From Spirochaetia bacterium (lineage in GTDB: Bacteria; Spirochaetota; Spirochaetia; SZUA-6; Bin103), in contig CBDAOI010000003.1 in the NCBI GenBank assembly GCA_965198005.1, positions 192,001 through 256,000 on the forward strand: 64,000 nt of DNA. The letters run 5' to 3'. Positions 50,752 to 63,648 of this stretch are shown piece after piece; position 1 is the stretch's first letter; each line of letters starts with the position of its first letter. The translations under genes were made by a program, and so were the position numbers. The notes under the pieces were generated by a model. It had not been told where the DNA came from. It ran no database searches and worked only from the letters and a program-made list of their open reading frames with translations.

Positions 50752-51594
50752 ATGGACCTGACGCGCCTTGCACGCTTGCCACCCTGGCAGTGGCCCCCGG
50801 ACACCGGGAACACGCTGCTGGCGGTTCTCCGCGACCAACAGGCGGATGAATCGGAACACCTCCTGGCCGCCGAAATGGCCGGCGAGATCGTGGCCATCAA
50901 CGACGACCTCGCCGGCGCCCTGCTGTCCATCGTCGGCGACGCCACCGCATCCGAGGAGCTGCGCAGCCGGGCGGCGCTGTCTCTCGGTCCGGTCCTGGAG
51001 CAGATGGACATGGACAGCGTTGACGACTTACCGGGCCTCGACGACGAGCTGTTGGATGCCCAGCCGATCTCCGAGCACACGTTCCACCGGATCCAGGAGA
51101 CGTTGCGCGTCCGGTACCTGGAGGACGACGTCCCGAAGGAAGTGCGGCGCCGTATCCTGGAAGCCTCGGTACGCGCTCCGGCCGACTGGCATCGGGACGC
51201 GATCCGAGCGGCGTACACCCGTGAGGACCGGGATTGGCGGCTGACCGCCGTGTTCGCGATGCAGTTCGTGCGTGGATTCACTGACGAGATTGTCGCCGCG
51301 CTCGACGATCCCGACGAAGAGATCCGCTATGAAGCGGTGACTGCCGCCGGCAATTGGGAAGTCGATGCTGCCTGGCCGTACGTATCCGCCCTGCTCGCCG
51401 CGCCCGACACCGATAAAGAGCTCCTGCTCGCCGCCATCGAAGCAGGAGCCGCCATTCGTCCGCAGGAGGCGGAGCCGCTACTCGCCGAATTGAGCGACTC
51501 CCGCGACGCCGAGATTGCCGAGGCGGCCGGCGGCGCCATGATGATGGTGGCGTCTCCGTTCGACGACGAGTTCGAGGACGAATCGGAACTGTGA
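50752..51594 (+). CDS. HEAT-repeat protein
   Basis: LRSRAALSLG, EVRRRILEA, LDDPDEEIRYEAV.AAG helical repeats; acidic tail. Confidence 0.75.
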   Translation: MDLTRLARLPPWQWPPDTGNTLLAVLRDQQADESEHLLAAEMAGEIVAINDDLAGALLSIVGDATASEELRSRAALSLGPVLEQMDMDSVDDLPGLDDELLDAQPISEHTFHRIQETLRVRYLEDDVPKEVRRRILEASVRAPADWHRDAIRAAYTREDRDWRLTAVFAMQFVRGFTDEIVAALDDPDEEIRYEAVTAAGNWEVDAAWPYVSALLAAPDTDKELLLAAIEAGAAIRPQEAEPLLAELSDSRDAEIAEAAGGAMMMVASPFDDEFEDESEL

Positions 51595-51603
51595 CATGAA
51601 CCC

Positions 51604-51990
51604 GTGACCAGGAACAGAAAGCCGGGCCCGAAACTGCAGCCGTGGATCGACGCGCGCAAGCGGCACCACCTGTCGCACGCCCAGGTGCAGATGGCGCGCG
51701 AGCTGGGAATGAATCCCCGCAAGCTGGGCCGATTGGACAACCACGATCAGGAGCCGTGGAAGCTGCCGCTACGCCAATACCTTGAGCACCTGTACCGCAA
51801 GCGGTTCGGCAGAGGCGCTCCCGAGGTCGTTCGTTCGATCGAGGAGATCGCACGCCGTGATGCCGAGAGCAAGGCGCGCAAACGGGAAGCAAAGCAGCGG
51901 CGGCGAATCGCCCAGACCGGCGACGTACCCCCGAGCGCGGACAGCGACGACGCCAGTCTGTTTGAGGCCGGCACCGGCGTGGCACCATAA
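51604..51990 (+). CDS. Basic hypothetical protein
   Basis: WIDARKRHHLSHAQVQMARELGMNPRKLG...WKLPL..Y.E.LY.KRFG; coding-like composition. Confidence 0.7.
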   Translation: MTRNRKPGPKLQPWIDARKRHHLSHAQVQMARELGMNPRKLGRLDNHDQEPWKLPLRQYLEHLYRKRFGRGAPEVVRSIEEIARRDAESKARKREAKQRRRIAQTGDVPPSADSDDASLFEAGTGVAP

Positions 51991-52547
51991 GACTCGCGGC
52001 CTCTCAGACGGCCCGCGGTCGCTCCCCGCCGGGAGCCGCTCCGCCGTCCAGGCTTGGCAGGATTAGGCTAAGTCATTCCAGCTATTGAACATACGCATCG
52101 TCCTAAAAGAGCCGCACCCGAATCGGTTGATGGCGATGAGCCCCCGCCTCTGGCCGATCCGTATCCACCGCTGCGGCGGGTGCGGGGGGCGACTCATGCT
52201 GCCGCTCCTGCCTCGAACTCGACCGGCGACCCTGAGGCAGGCAGAGGTTGTCGGCTCGGAACAGCACCACGACGATCGAGCGCGGTCGGTCTGCTTGAGA
52301 AACTGGTCAGATGACTAGCTATAGCTATCGCCTCGGCATGCTCCCAGGGCAATCCGCGTTGCGGCCGTCGCTCAACCGCCGCCTAACGGCTAAGATAGCG
52401 GTGCAGTGGATGCAAGTGGCCGTGGTCGCCGCCGGTCGGCATTGGTCCGCACCTGGACGTGAGGGCGCCAGTCCATTTGCGTCGTGAGCAGACCACGACC
52501 AGATGGGGGATAATGCATGGTAGCCGCTCGACGCAAGGAGACGATGG

Positions 52548-53912
52548 ATGTTGCAGAAGTTGAACGTCACCAACTTCAAGGCGTGGCGAAAACTGAACAT
52601 GGCGCTCGGCAGGGTCACCGGGCTCTTCGGCACGAACAGCTCCGGCAAGAGCAGCGTGCTTCAGTTCCTGCTCCTGCTCAAGCAGACGAAGAATGCGACC
52701 GACCGCGGTCTGGTACTCGATTTCGGTGGCCCCGGAGAGCTGGTGAACCTGGGGAGATATCAGGACTTGGTTCACAAGGGAAAAGACGAGTCAGACATCG
52801 ACTGGACACTGCGGTGGCAACTGCCTGATCCCCTCAAGATCAGCGACCCCGAGGGTCTCCTTGCCACCGTGCTCATGCGCGGCAACCATCTGGAGGTGAG
52901 TACAGCAGCCGGGTTGAGGGGATCGCGTCTGACTGCACGACACCTGAAGTACAAATTCGCTAGTTCGAACTTCTTCATCAAGCCAAAGACTGAGGATTCC
53001 AGCGACTTTTTTCTTGATTCCGACGGGGCCAACCGGGTGCGATTCATTCGAACTCCGGGACGCAAGTGGGCCCTGCCCGGTCCCGTGAAGACACACCTGT
53101 TTCCCGACCGCGCCCATACGTTATTCCAGAACACAAGCTTTCTTAGCGACTTCGAGACCGAGTACGAGGCGCTGATGGACCGAATATTCTATCTTGGCCC
53201 GCTCCGTGTGCATCCGCAGCGCGAGTATCGCTGGTCGGGCGCCGGTCCGGTGGACGTGGGGCCGGCCGGCGAGCGGACCATCGACGCCATTCTGGCCGCT
53301 ACGGCGAACAACGAGACAAGGAACCTCGCCAAACACAAGGCGCTCATGTCTTTCCAGGAAATGATCGCGCATTGGCTGCAACAGCTTGGTCTGATTGAGG
53401 CGTTCGAGATCAGAGAGATCGCGCGGGGATCGAATCTCTACCAAGCCCGTGTCCGGGCGAACGCATCCGCTCCCGAGACGATGTTGACCGACGTCGGCTT
53501 TGGCGTCTCTCAGGTTCTGCCGGTGCTGGTGCTGTTGTACTACGTGCCGGAGCGCTCGATCGTACTGCTGGAACAACCGGAGATCCACCTGCATCCGTCC
53601 GTGCAGAGCGGACTGGCGGACGTGATGCTGGCAGTAGCCAAGCGGCGCCGCATACAGATCATCGTGGAGAGCCACAGTGAGCACCTGCTGCGGCGCTTGC
53701 AGCGGCGCGCAGCCGAGGGCGACTTCGCATCGTCCGATCTGAAACTCTATTTTGTCAGCAGCGACCGCGGCGCGGCGAAGCTGAATGACCTTGCTCTGAA
53801 CGAGTTTGGGGAGATAGAGAACTGGCCTGATCATTTCTTCGGAGATGAAATCGGCGAAATCGCGGCAATCAGCAAAGCATCGCTCAAGAAACGGATTGAA
53901 GCCTCTCAATGA
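52548..53912 (+). CDS. AAA_21/DUF3696-type ABC-fold ATPase
   Basis: NFK, GTNSSGKS, YLGPLR, DVGFGVSQVLP, EQPEIHLHP, ESHSEH, G....WP..FF; AAGGAG RBS. Confidence 0.88.
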   Translation: MLQKLNVTNFKAWRKLNMALGRVTGLFGTNSSGKSSVLQFLLLLKQTKNATDRGLVLDFGGPGELVNLGRYQDLVHKGKDESDIDWTLRWQLPDPLKISDPEGLLATVLMRGNHLEVSTAAGLRGSRLTARHLKYKFASSNFFIKPKTEDSSDFFLDSDGANRVRFIRTPGRKWALPGPVKTHLFPDRAHTLFQNTSFLSDFETEYEALMDRIFYLGPLRVHPQREYRWSGAGPVDVGPAGERTIDAILAATANNETRNLAKHKALMSFQEMIAHWLQQLGLIEAFEIREIARGSNLYQARVRANASAPETMLTDVGFGVSQVLPVLVLLYYVPERSIVLLEQPEIHLHPSVQSGLADVMLAVAKRRRIQIIVESHSEHLLRRLQRRAAEGDFASSDLKLYFVSSDRGAAKLNDLALNEFGEIENWPDHFFGDEIGEIAAISKASLKKRIEASQ

Positions 53913-54260
53913 GCGACTATGTGGTAGACACCAACGTCGCTATCGTTGCCAATCAGCCGAATGGTCATGCCGATTTAGTTTGCCAATTGACGTGCGTGGA
54001 AAAGGTACGTTCACATGTACGGCGGGATCCGGGTGCGCAGAGTTCCCATTACCCCTTGCGATGACCAATGTCGCGGCTTCGAGGAGCTTCCAGAGAACAA
54101 GCTTGACCCGTCTGACCGCAAGTTCCTCGCCGTCGCCACCGTTGCGAAAGCCGAGATTCTCAACGCCACGGACAGTGACTGGAGCGAGCAGGAAGCGCTC
54201 ACAGACAAACTGGGAGTGACGGTTCGCCAGCTTTGCCCGCAGCATGCCAGCAAACCCTAG
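53909..54260 (+). pseudogene. PIN-like partner of the ATPase, frameshifted and apparently deleted near 54015
   Basis: MSDYVVDTNVAIVAN..., then DPSDRKFLAVA...NATDSDW in another frame; ATGA overlap with the ATPase. Confidence 0.65.
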
Positions 54261-54271
54261 TAGAACCGGCG

Positions 54272-54949
54272 ATGAGCACAGCTCTCGGGTCGACCACTCG
54301 GATATGGAAATATCCGCGCACTCCCTACTGGCCGTACTCGCCGGCTGGTCCGCGGGATGACGATGAACTGGCCGACGCGGCTCGGTTCGCGGGGCGGCCG
54401 ATTGTCATAACGGAGAAGCTGGACGGCAGCAATACGCTCCTGCACCAGGGCGAAGTCTATGCGCGCAGCGTGTCCGCGCCCGCGACGGGGAAGTGGCTGG
54501 CGATGGTGAGGAAGCACCATGCGTGGAAGGTGACGGAGCCGGACGTGTTCCTCTATGGCGAAGACATCTACGGGGTGCACAGTATCGCGTACGACCCGGT
54601 CCCGGAACAGGAGACGTTCCATGCATTCGCGCTGCGCTTCGCCGACGGTTCCTTCGGTTCGTTCCAAACCATCGCGGACTACGCTCGGGAGCGCTCCATC
54701 CCGGTAGTGCCGATATTGTTCCGCGGGACGCTCCGGTCGGTTCGCGAGGTGCGCGACTTCGTGAGCAAGGCGCACGCGGAGCCGTCGGCCCTGGGCGGAG
54801 CACGGGAGGGCGTCGTGATCCGCCATGCGGATGGGTTTCCGGCTGTGGAATTCAAGCGCAGCGTCTGCAAGAGCGTTCGAGTGGGGCACGTACAATCCGA
54901 CGAGCATTGGTCGAAGCGCTGGCGGGCATGCCCCATCGTGCGACGGTGA
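54272..54949 (+). CDS. ATP-dependent RNA ligase family protein (Rnl2-like)
   Basis: KYPRTP, motif I TEKLDGSN, YGE, EGVVIR, K.VR..HVQ..HW. Confidence 0.85.
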   Translation: MSTALGSTTRIWKYPRTPYWPYSPAGPRDDDELADAARFAGRPIVITEKLDGSNTLLHQGEVYARSVSAPATGKWLAMVRKHHAWKVTEPDVFLYGEDIYGVHSIAYDPVPEQETFHAFALRFADGSFGSFQTIADYARERSIPVVPILFRGTLRSVREVRDFVSKAHAEPSALGGAREGVVIRHADGFPAVEFKRSVCKSVRVGHVQSDEHWSKRWRACPIVRR

Positions 54950-55022
54950 GCGAGGCTGTGACCCTCGCCCGCAGTATCGAGTGGTCGCTTCCCTCGCGGA
55001 TGAAGCGGTCGAGAGGCAGCCA

Positions 55023-56069
55023 TCATCCGCCGACTGACTTGAGCCAACCCCGGTCGCCTAGTGTGTCGCGTGCCAGTTCGATCTTGCGTTCCGAGAATTG
55101 CCGCTTGCGGCTGTTCCACCCATACGTGGCACGAACGACATCCGGTGTCGCGTCGGTGCCGATCTCGTTGATCACCCAGTGAACCGTGGCCAACAGCTCG
55201 AGGCCGAACGGCGACTCGAAACCGGCCACCAGCTCGACGACTCGATCAAAGCGACCACGCGTCTCGGGATGCCGGCCGAGGAACGCTTCAGCCTCGCGGA
55301 TCGCCCCGGGGATCAGGTTCAGCGGCTCGTCCGTCCGGTCCCCGCCTGAGCCGCCTCCCTGCAGGTAGTGGCCGTCGAGAGCTCGCAGAACGTGACGCAG
55401 GTTCTCCGCGTAGGGTCCGTGCGGCGCCTTCACGTACTGCAATCGGAGCGGCTCGCCGGCCTCCTGCATGAAGTAGAGCAGCTTGTGTACCTCAAGCAGG
55501 GTCACGAAGGGTTCGGCGAGACCTATCAGGTAGCGATGCATCAGACCAAGCAGTGCCGCCCGTCCCGGCGTCATGGCCGCCCGCTTCGGCGCCGGGAGCG
55601 GGACCTCCCCCGAGTCGGTTGCGTACGGCTCGAAGACCAGCGTATCCAAGTCCGGCAGGCCGGCGAGCGCCCGGTGGATGCGAGGCTTTACCGCCGTCCA
55701 CTCGAGACCGCCGAGTCCGCACCCGAGCGGCGGCAGGGAGATCGAATGAATCCGGCGCCGCTCGATCTCGGCTACCAGCGCCGACAGGCCACTGTCGATA
55801 TCCGCCAGGCGGCTCCGGCCACGCCAGTGCTGCTTCGTCGGAAAGTTGACGATGAAGCGCGGCACGAACTCGCGGGTCTCGAACACGAACATCCGGCCCG
55901 GCTGCAGCTCGCCCCAGTCGCAAGCAGCCTTGTACGCCTTGAAGTTGTCGGGGAACCTGCGCTTGAACGCGAGCGCGACGCCGCGCCCCATGACCCCGAC
56001 GCAGTTGACACTGTTGACCAAGGCCTCGCTGTCCGCTGCCAACAGATCGCCCGTCACGTATTTGATCAT
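55023..56069 (-). CDS. darG: DarG macrodomain antitoxin
   Basis: GDLL, VNSVNCVGVMGRGVA..FK, NFPTK.HWR, LGCGLGGL; C-terminal KL.YF.Q, GPY, LELLATV. Confidence 0.9.
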   Translation of the reverse strand: MIKYVTGDLLAADSEALVNSVNCVGVMGRGVALAFKRRFPDNFKAYKAACDWGELQPGRMFVFETREFVPRFIVNFPTKQHWRGRSRLADIDSGLSALVAEIERRRIHSISLPPLGCGLGGLEWTAVKPRIHRALAGLPDLDTLVFEPYATDSGEVPLPAPKRAAMTPGRAALLGLMHRYLIGLAEPFVTLLEVHKLLYFMQEAGEPLRLQYVKAPHGPYAENLRHVLRALDGHYLQGGGSGGDRTDEPLNLIPGAIREAEAFLGRHPETRGRFDRVVELVAGFESPFGLELLATVHWVINEIGTDATPDVVRATYGWNSRKRQFSERKIELARDTLGDRGWLKSVGG

Positions 56070-56085
56070 CGCTCGGGCTCCATAC

Positions 56086-56460
56086 CTAATAGTACCACTC
56101 GCGGCGTACTTCTACACGGAGGCTGGCTGAGCCACCGACGATCTCGGATACCCGTCCCGCCACGCTTTCGCTCATCACGCCGAGCCTCTCGACCAGCGAC
56201 CAAGGGAGGTATCGATGCAGCAGAAACTCCGCCTGCTTCGGGCGCTTCAGGTCGCCGCTCCACTGATCTGCCGCCACAGGTGTTCGGATGGCACGGGACC
56301 GGCAGGTGCTTGCGACGGGCCACCACCTCGGACATGCCGATTCTCGTCGGGGCTCTGCCCTCAGCGGCCTCGCTGTCGGCGAGCAAGCCGCCAGTCTCGA
56401 CAATCGCGCTGAGATTGGCGCCGTGGGTGATGTGATAGAGCCTGGGGCGCTCGGGCACAC
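56086..56460 (-). pseudogene. darT: DarT (DUF4433) DNA ADP-ribosyltransferase, central deletion plus frameshift
   Basis: LYHITH..NL.AI...GLL in one frame; KQAEFL...VEV..EWYY in another; directly upstream of darG. Confidence 0.8.
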
Positions 56461-56599
56461 GCACAGTGAAGTAATCTATCCCGATAGCCGGTAGTTGAAC
56501 AGAATCGGGGACTGATGCGCCGCGCCGAAGCCTGCCGCCGCGCCACCACGAGCGGGATTGACCTATGTCGCGCAGCAGATAGCCGCTCTCCATGCGATT

Positions 56600-56670
56600 G
56601 GCGAAGATATACAAGTCATCGTAGAGAGCCACAGCGAACACCTGCTGCGACGCCTGCAGCGGCGTGCCGC
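56600..56670 (+). pseudogene. Fragment of a second DUF3696-type ATPase
   Basis: IQVIVESHSEHLLRRLQRRAA, matching about 53653-53715. Confidence 0.75.
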
Positions 56671-56679
56671 GGACCGTCG

Positions 56680-57163
56680 ATGAGTGCGACTCTCGGGTCC
56701 GCCACTCGGATATGGAAGTATCCGCGCACTCCCGCTGGACGGCAGCAATACGCTCCTGCACCAGGGCGAAGTCTATGCGCGCAGCGTGTCCGCGCCCGCG
56801 ACGGGGAAGTGGCTGGCGATGGTGAGGAAGCACCATGCGTGGAAGGTGACGGAGCCGGACGTGTTCCTCTATGGCGAAGACATCATGGCGGACTACGCTC
56901 GGGAGCGCTCCATCCCGGTAGTGCCGATATTGTTCCGCGGGACGCTCCGGTCGGTTCGCGAGGTGCGCGACTTCGTGAGCAAGGCGCACGCGGAGCCGTC
57001 GGCCCTGGGCGGAGCACGCGAGGGCGTGGTGATCCGCCATGCGGATGGGTTCCCGGCTGTGGATTTCAAGCGCAGCGTCTGCAAGAGCGTTCGCGTGGGG
57101 CACGTACAATCGGACGAGCATTGGTCGAAGCGCTGGCGCGCATGCCGCATCGCACGACGGTGA
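56680..57163 (+). pseudogene. Second RNA ligase copy with two internal deletions
   Basis: Near-identical to 54272-54949 but lacks the equivalents of 54326-54417 (includes the motif I Lys) and 54569-54670. Confidence 0.88.
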
Positions 57164-57170
57164 GCGAGGG

Positions 57171-57640
57171 ATGAACGGGGAGCGGGGCTCGGCGTGGGGG
57201 CTGGACTTCTACGACCCCGAGTTTCTGGCCGATCCGGCGCCGATCGTTCGCAACGAGCAGACCGGACAGTGGATGCTGACGCGGTTCGCCGACGTGTACG
57301 AGACGCTGCGCGACCGGCGGCTGGGCCGCGTCTACCACCACCGGTACAGCCACGCCGAGCTGGGACAGCCGGCGCCCGACCCGCGCTGGGCCGCGTTCCA
57401 CCGGCACGAGCGCTGGTCGATCGACCGCTGCCGGGAGCTGGGGGCGTTCGACCTGCTGGCCGACTACGCCCAGCGCTACTCGGTGGCCGTGGTCGCCGAG
57501 GTGCTGGGCGTGCCGCGCGCCGACACGCAGCGGCTGCTGGACTGGTCGCACGCCATCGTCAAGATGTACGAGCTGTCGGCGCCCGAGGAGCTGAAGGCGC
57601 GGGCCGACGCGGCGGCGGGCGAGTTCATCGCCTGGAGGCG
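57171..57640 (+). pseudogene. Cytochrome P450 N-terminal remnant
   Basis: DPEFLADP, WMLTRFADV...LRD, FDLLADYA...VAVVAEVLGVP..D; no heme-binding Cys region. Confidence 0.65.
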
Positions 57641-57817
57641 GGCCTCGGCGGGCCCGGCTTCTGACGGGGCGCGGCGGGTCCCACTCGGCGTCGATGCCGA
57701 AGGCTCACAGCCGCCACGTCGCCGGCCAGCTGACAGTCATCTTGCGCCGGCCGGAGCGGCGCGCGCCGCCGCGGCATCGTGCCGCCGCCCGTGTCAGGGT
57801 CGCGCCATGGAGTCAGG

Positions 57818-59014
57818 TCAGTCGTGGTCGAGGGCGCGCTCGCCGTGGAAGGTGAGGTCGAGGCCGGCCTCCAGCTCGTCGGTTTCGGGCTTGAGGCGCT
57901 TGACGGCGCCCAGCACCTTGAGGATGAGCCAGGTCATCCCGAACGCGTACACCACGCTGATCACGGTGGCGGCCAGGTTGGCCAGGAACAGTGATACCCC
58001 GCCATAGATCAGCCCCGGCGGCGCCCCGGTCTCGGGAGTCGCGAACACGCCGGTGAGGATCGAGCCCAGGATGCCGCCCACGCCGTGCACGGCCCATACG
58101 TCGAGCGCGTCGTCCCAGCCCATGCGCTCCTTGAACAGCACCGCGCCGTAGCAGGCGGCCCCCGAGAGCACGCCGATCAGCGCCGCCCAGCCGGGGGTCA
58201 CGAAGCCGGCCGCCGGAGTGATGGCGATCAGGCCCGCGATCGCGCCGGTGAGCGCGCCGATGATGCTCGGCTTGCCCTTGTGCCGCCACGACAGCAGCAT
58301 CCAGGTGACCATCGCGGTGGAGGCGGAGATGTCGGTGTTGATGAAGGCGACCGACGCGATCTCGTTGGGCGACAGCGCGCTGCCGCCGTTGAAGCCGAAC
58401 CAGCCGAACCACAGCAGCGCGGCGCCCAGCGCCACGAAGCGGAGGTCGTGCGGGGCCGTGTGCGTGCGGCGCGCCCCCAGCACGGTGACGGTGGCCAGCG
58501 CGGCCATGCCGGCCGAGATGTGCACCACGGTGCCGCCGGCGAAGTCGATCGCTCCGAGCTGGGCCAGCAGCCCGCCGCCCCACACCCAGTGCGCCAGCAC
58601 CGAGTAGACCAGAATGCTCCAGAGGCAGATGAAGATCAGGTAGCTGCTGAAGCGGAAGCGGTCGACGAACGCGCCGGTGATCAGCGCCGGGGTGATCACC
58701 GCGAACATCATCTGGAACAGGAAGAAGGTCCAGGTGGGGATCGTGGTCCCGCCGAACACCTCGTCGATCGGGATCCGGAACAGCCAGTACTTGAGGTCGC
58801 CGATGATGCCGCCGACGGTATCGCCGAACGCGAGCGAGAAGCCGACCGCGATCCACACCGTGCTCACCAGCCCCAGCGAGATCAGGTTCTGGGCGATGAT
58901 GGTCAGCGTGTTGTGGCGGCCGACCAGCCCGCCGTAGAAGAAGGCCAGTCCCGGCGTCATGAGAAACACGAGAGTCGAGCAGAGAAGGACGAATCCGGTA
59001 TCGACGAGGTTCAT
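57818..59014 (-). CDS. amt: Ammonium transporter
   Basis: MTPGLAFFYGG, FQMMFA.IT, DFAGGTVVH, WFGWFGFNGGS, DDALDV..VHG. Confidence 0.95.
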   Translation of the reverse strand: MNLVDTGFVLLCSTLVFLMTPGLAFFYGGLVGRHNTLTIIAQNLISLGLVSTVWIAVGFSLAFGDTVGGIIGDLKYWLFRIPIDEVFGGTTIPTWTFFLFQMMFAVITPALITGAFVDRFRFSSYLIFICLWSILVYSVLAHWVWGGGLLAQLGAIDFAGGTVVHISAGMAALATVTVLGARRTHTAPHDLRFVALGAALLWFGWFGFNGGSALSPNEIASVAFINTDISASTAMVTWMLLSWRHKGKPSIIGALTGAIAGLIAITPAAGFVTPGWAALIGVLSGAACYGAVLFKERMGWDDALDVWAVHGVGGILGSILTGVFATPETGAPPGLIYGGVSLFLANLAATVISVVYAFGMTWLILKVLGAVKRLKPETDELEAGLDLTFHGERALDHD

Positions 59015-59040
59015 TGGTTGCTCCTATCGTTGCATGTGGT

Positions 59041-59628
<588 letters not shown>

Positions 59629-59659
59629 GCGCTCGGCCTCCCGTTCCGCCCGCGCCTGC

Positions 59660-61945
<2,286 letters not shown>

Positions 61946-61963
61946 AAGACGGTAATCAGTAAC

Positions 61964-61995
61964 AAAAAAAGTGCCCGCCGTCAACGGCGGGTCAC
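61964..61995 (-). terminator. Intrinsic terminator-like hairpin just upstream of the reductase
   Basis: cccgccg-ttga-cggcggg followed after 3 nt by T7 on the minus strand. Confidence 0.65.
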
Positions 61996-62316
61996 CTACT
62001 AGTCCAAAGGGTGCTCTCACGCTGGCCGGTGCAAAGCCGCGATGCGCCAAGCAGGCGTCGGAAAGGTTGCGCCGGCGAGGCCCAAGGCCTGCTCGGCTGC
62101 TCGACGGAGTTGGCGTTGGCGACGCCCTGCTCGGCGCCTTGGCGAGCAGGCCGCACCTGCCCGCGCGGCTCCTCCAGCGGCTCCAGGGCGGCAGGCTCCA
62201 TCTCGTCCGGACGAGCACGGCGCGTGATCAGGTGTTGTTCGGCACGCAAGGGTAGCTGCATTATTAGTGACTGAACGAGCACCAGTCCGGCCGCAATCCC
62301 ATCAGGAGGAGTCCGT

Positions 62317-62763
62317 ATGAGTACCCGATTTCGCGTTCCGCCGCGGTTGCGGCGGCTCGATCAGCGCTTGACGGCCTGGATGGACCGGCATGGCGTCCTG
62401 CTGCTGCGGGTGGCGGTCGGGGTGGTGTTCATCTGGTTTGGCGCGCTCAAGCTCTTGCCCGGAGCGAGTCCAGCGACCGGCCTGATCGTCTCGACCTATC
62501 CCTTCCTGCCGGAGCGGCTGTTCGTTTCGTTCGTGGGCTGTTGGGAGGTAGTGATCGCACTCGGCTTTCTCACCGGTCGATTCCTCCGGGTGACGGTGGC
62601 GCTGATGTATCTGCAGATGCTCGGGGCGATGTCGCCAATCGCGCTGAATCCCGCTGTCGTCTTCGCGCAACCGCCATTCGTACTCACTCTCGAAGGGCAG
62701 TATATCTTCAAGAATCTGGTCCTGCTTGCCGCGGCGATCGTGGTCGGCGCACGGGTGCGTTGA
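62317..62763 (+). CDS. DoxX/DUF417-like membrane protein
   Basis: LLRVAVGVVFIWFGALK, EGQYIFKNLV; AGGAGGAG RBS. Confidence 0.8.
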   Translation: MSTRFRVPPRLRRLDQRLTAWMDRHGVLLLRVAVGVVFIWFGALKLLPGASPATGLIVSTYPFLPERLFVSFVGCWEVVIALGFLTGRFLRVTVALMYLQMLGAMSPIALNPAVVFAQPPFVLTLEGQYIFKNLVLLAAAIVVGARVR

Positions 62764-62804
62764 CAGGGTACCGTTCGCCGGGGCGGCGCGCTAGAGGTGA
62801 TCCA

Positions 62805-63648
62805 CTACCGAAGGATGGCACCCTTCAGGAGCCAGATAATAACGCCCGCGAGCAGAAGAAGGACTGGCGACCATATCGCAGCGATCAATCGCCACGCTTC
62901 GGGCCGGGGCCATTTCACAGCGCCAGTGTAGCGCGAGCGCGCCGTACGCGTCACGGCCGACGGGCAGCCGCCGTGCGCAGCCTCGGCATGTAGCTTGAAG
63001 AAAGAGATCCAGTGTTCCGCTGGTATACCGCCGACGTGGTAGCCTCTCATGGCGGCCGTGTAATCGTCCATGAGACCGGTCAACCGGGCTATGCGACCGA
63101 AGTTGTGGCCGCCGTCCTTTACCGGACGGTCAGCGATCCTGGTCTTGGGCCTCGGGTACGGGCTCACGTCGGTGCCCGGAGGATGTACCGTCCGCTGGTC
63201 CGGAGTGTCACTTGTCTCCCTGACGGTGGTCCACCACCAATTTCGATACTCGGCCGCATAACGGGCCTGCTCAATATACGGCTCGTAAACGACGGGTTCC
63301 CCCGACAGAACATTGCGAAGATGCCACGGAACCACGACCAGAAGGTCTTGTGGGGCGCAGGCTTTTGGGGTGACAGTGTACCGAAAGCTGGGCTCGCGCT
63401 CTTTCGAGAGTAGATACCATCCCTTGAGTTCTATGCCCAACGCGATATCTTCACTTCCATCCATTGCTGCCCAGCACCGCATTCAGACTGAACAGGTCAG
63501 CCGCTTCGAGACCCTCGATGTGAGTTGTAGTGTGGAAGTATACAGGGAGAGCCCTGGTGGCATCCCTGACGCGCCGTACCAGACTCGCATGCTCGCTCGT
63601 CGGGGGAAACACGTGCCGTTGCGGTTGAGACATGAGGCGCTCGTTCAC
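62805..63648 (-). pseudogene. Putative restriction endonuclease, frameshifted near 63460
   Basis: GIELKGWY (ExK) motif; overlaps the methyltransferase stop; split over two frames. Confidence 0.55.

Noticed and set aside
51991-52500. Short ORFs upstream of the ATPase
   Set aside because: No recognisable motifs, RBS or codon bias.
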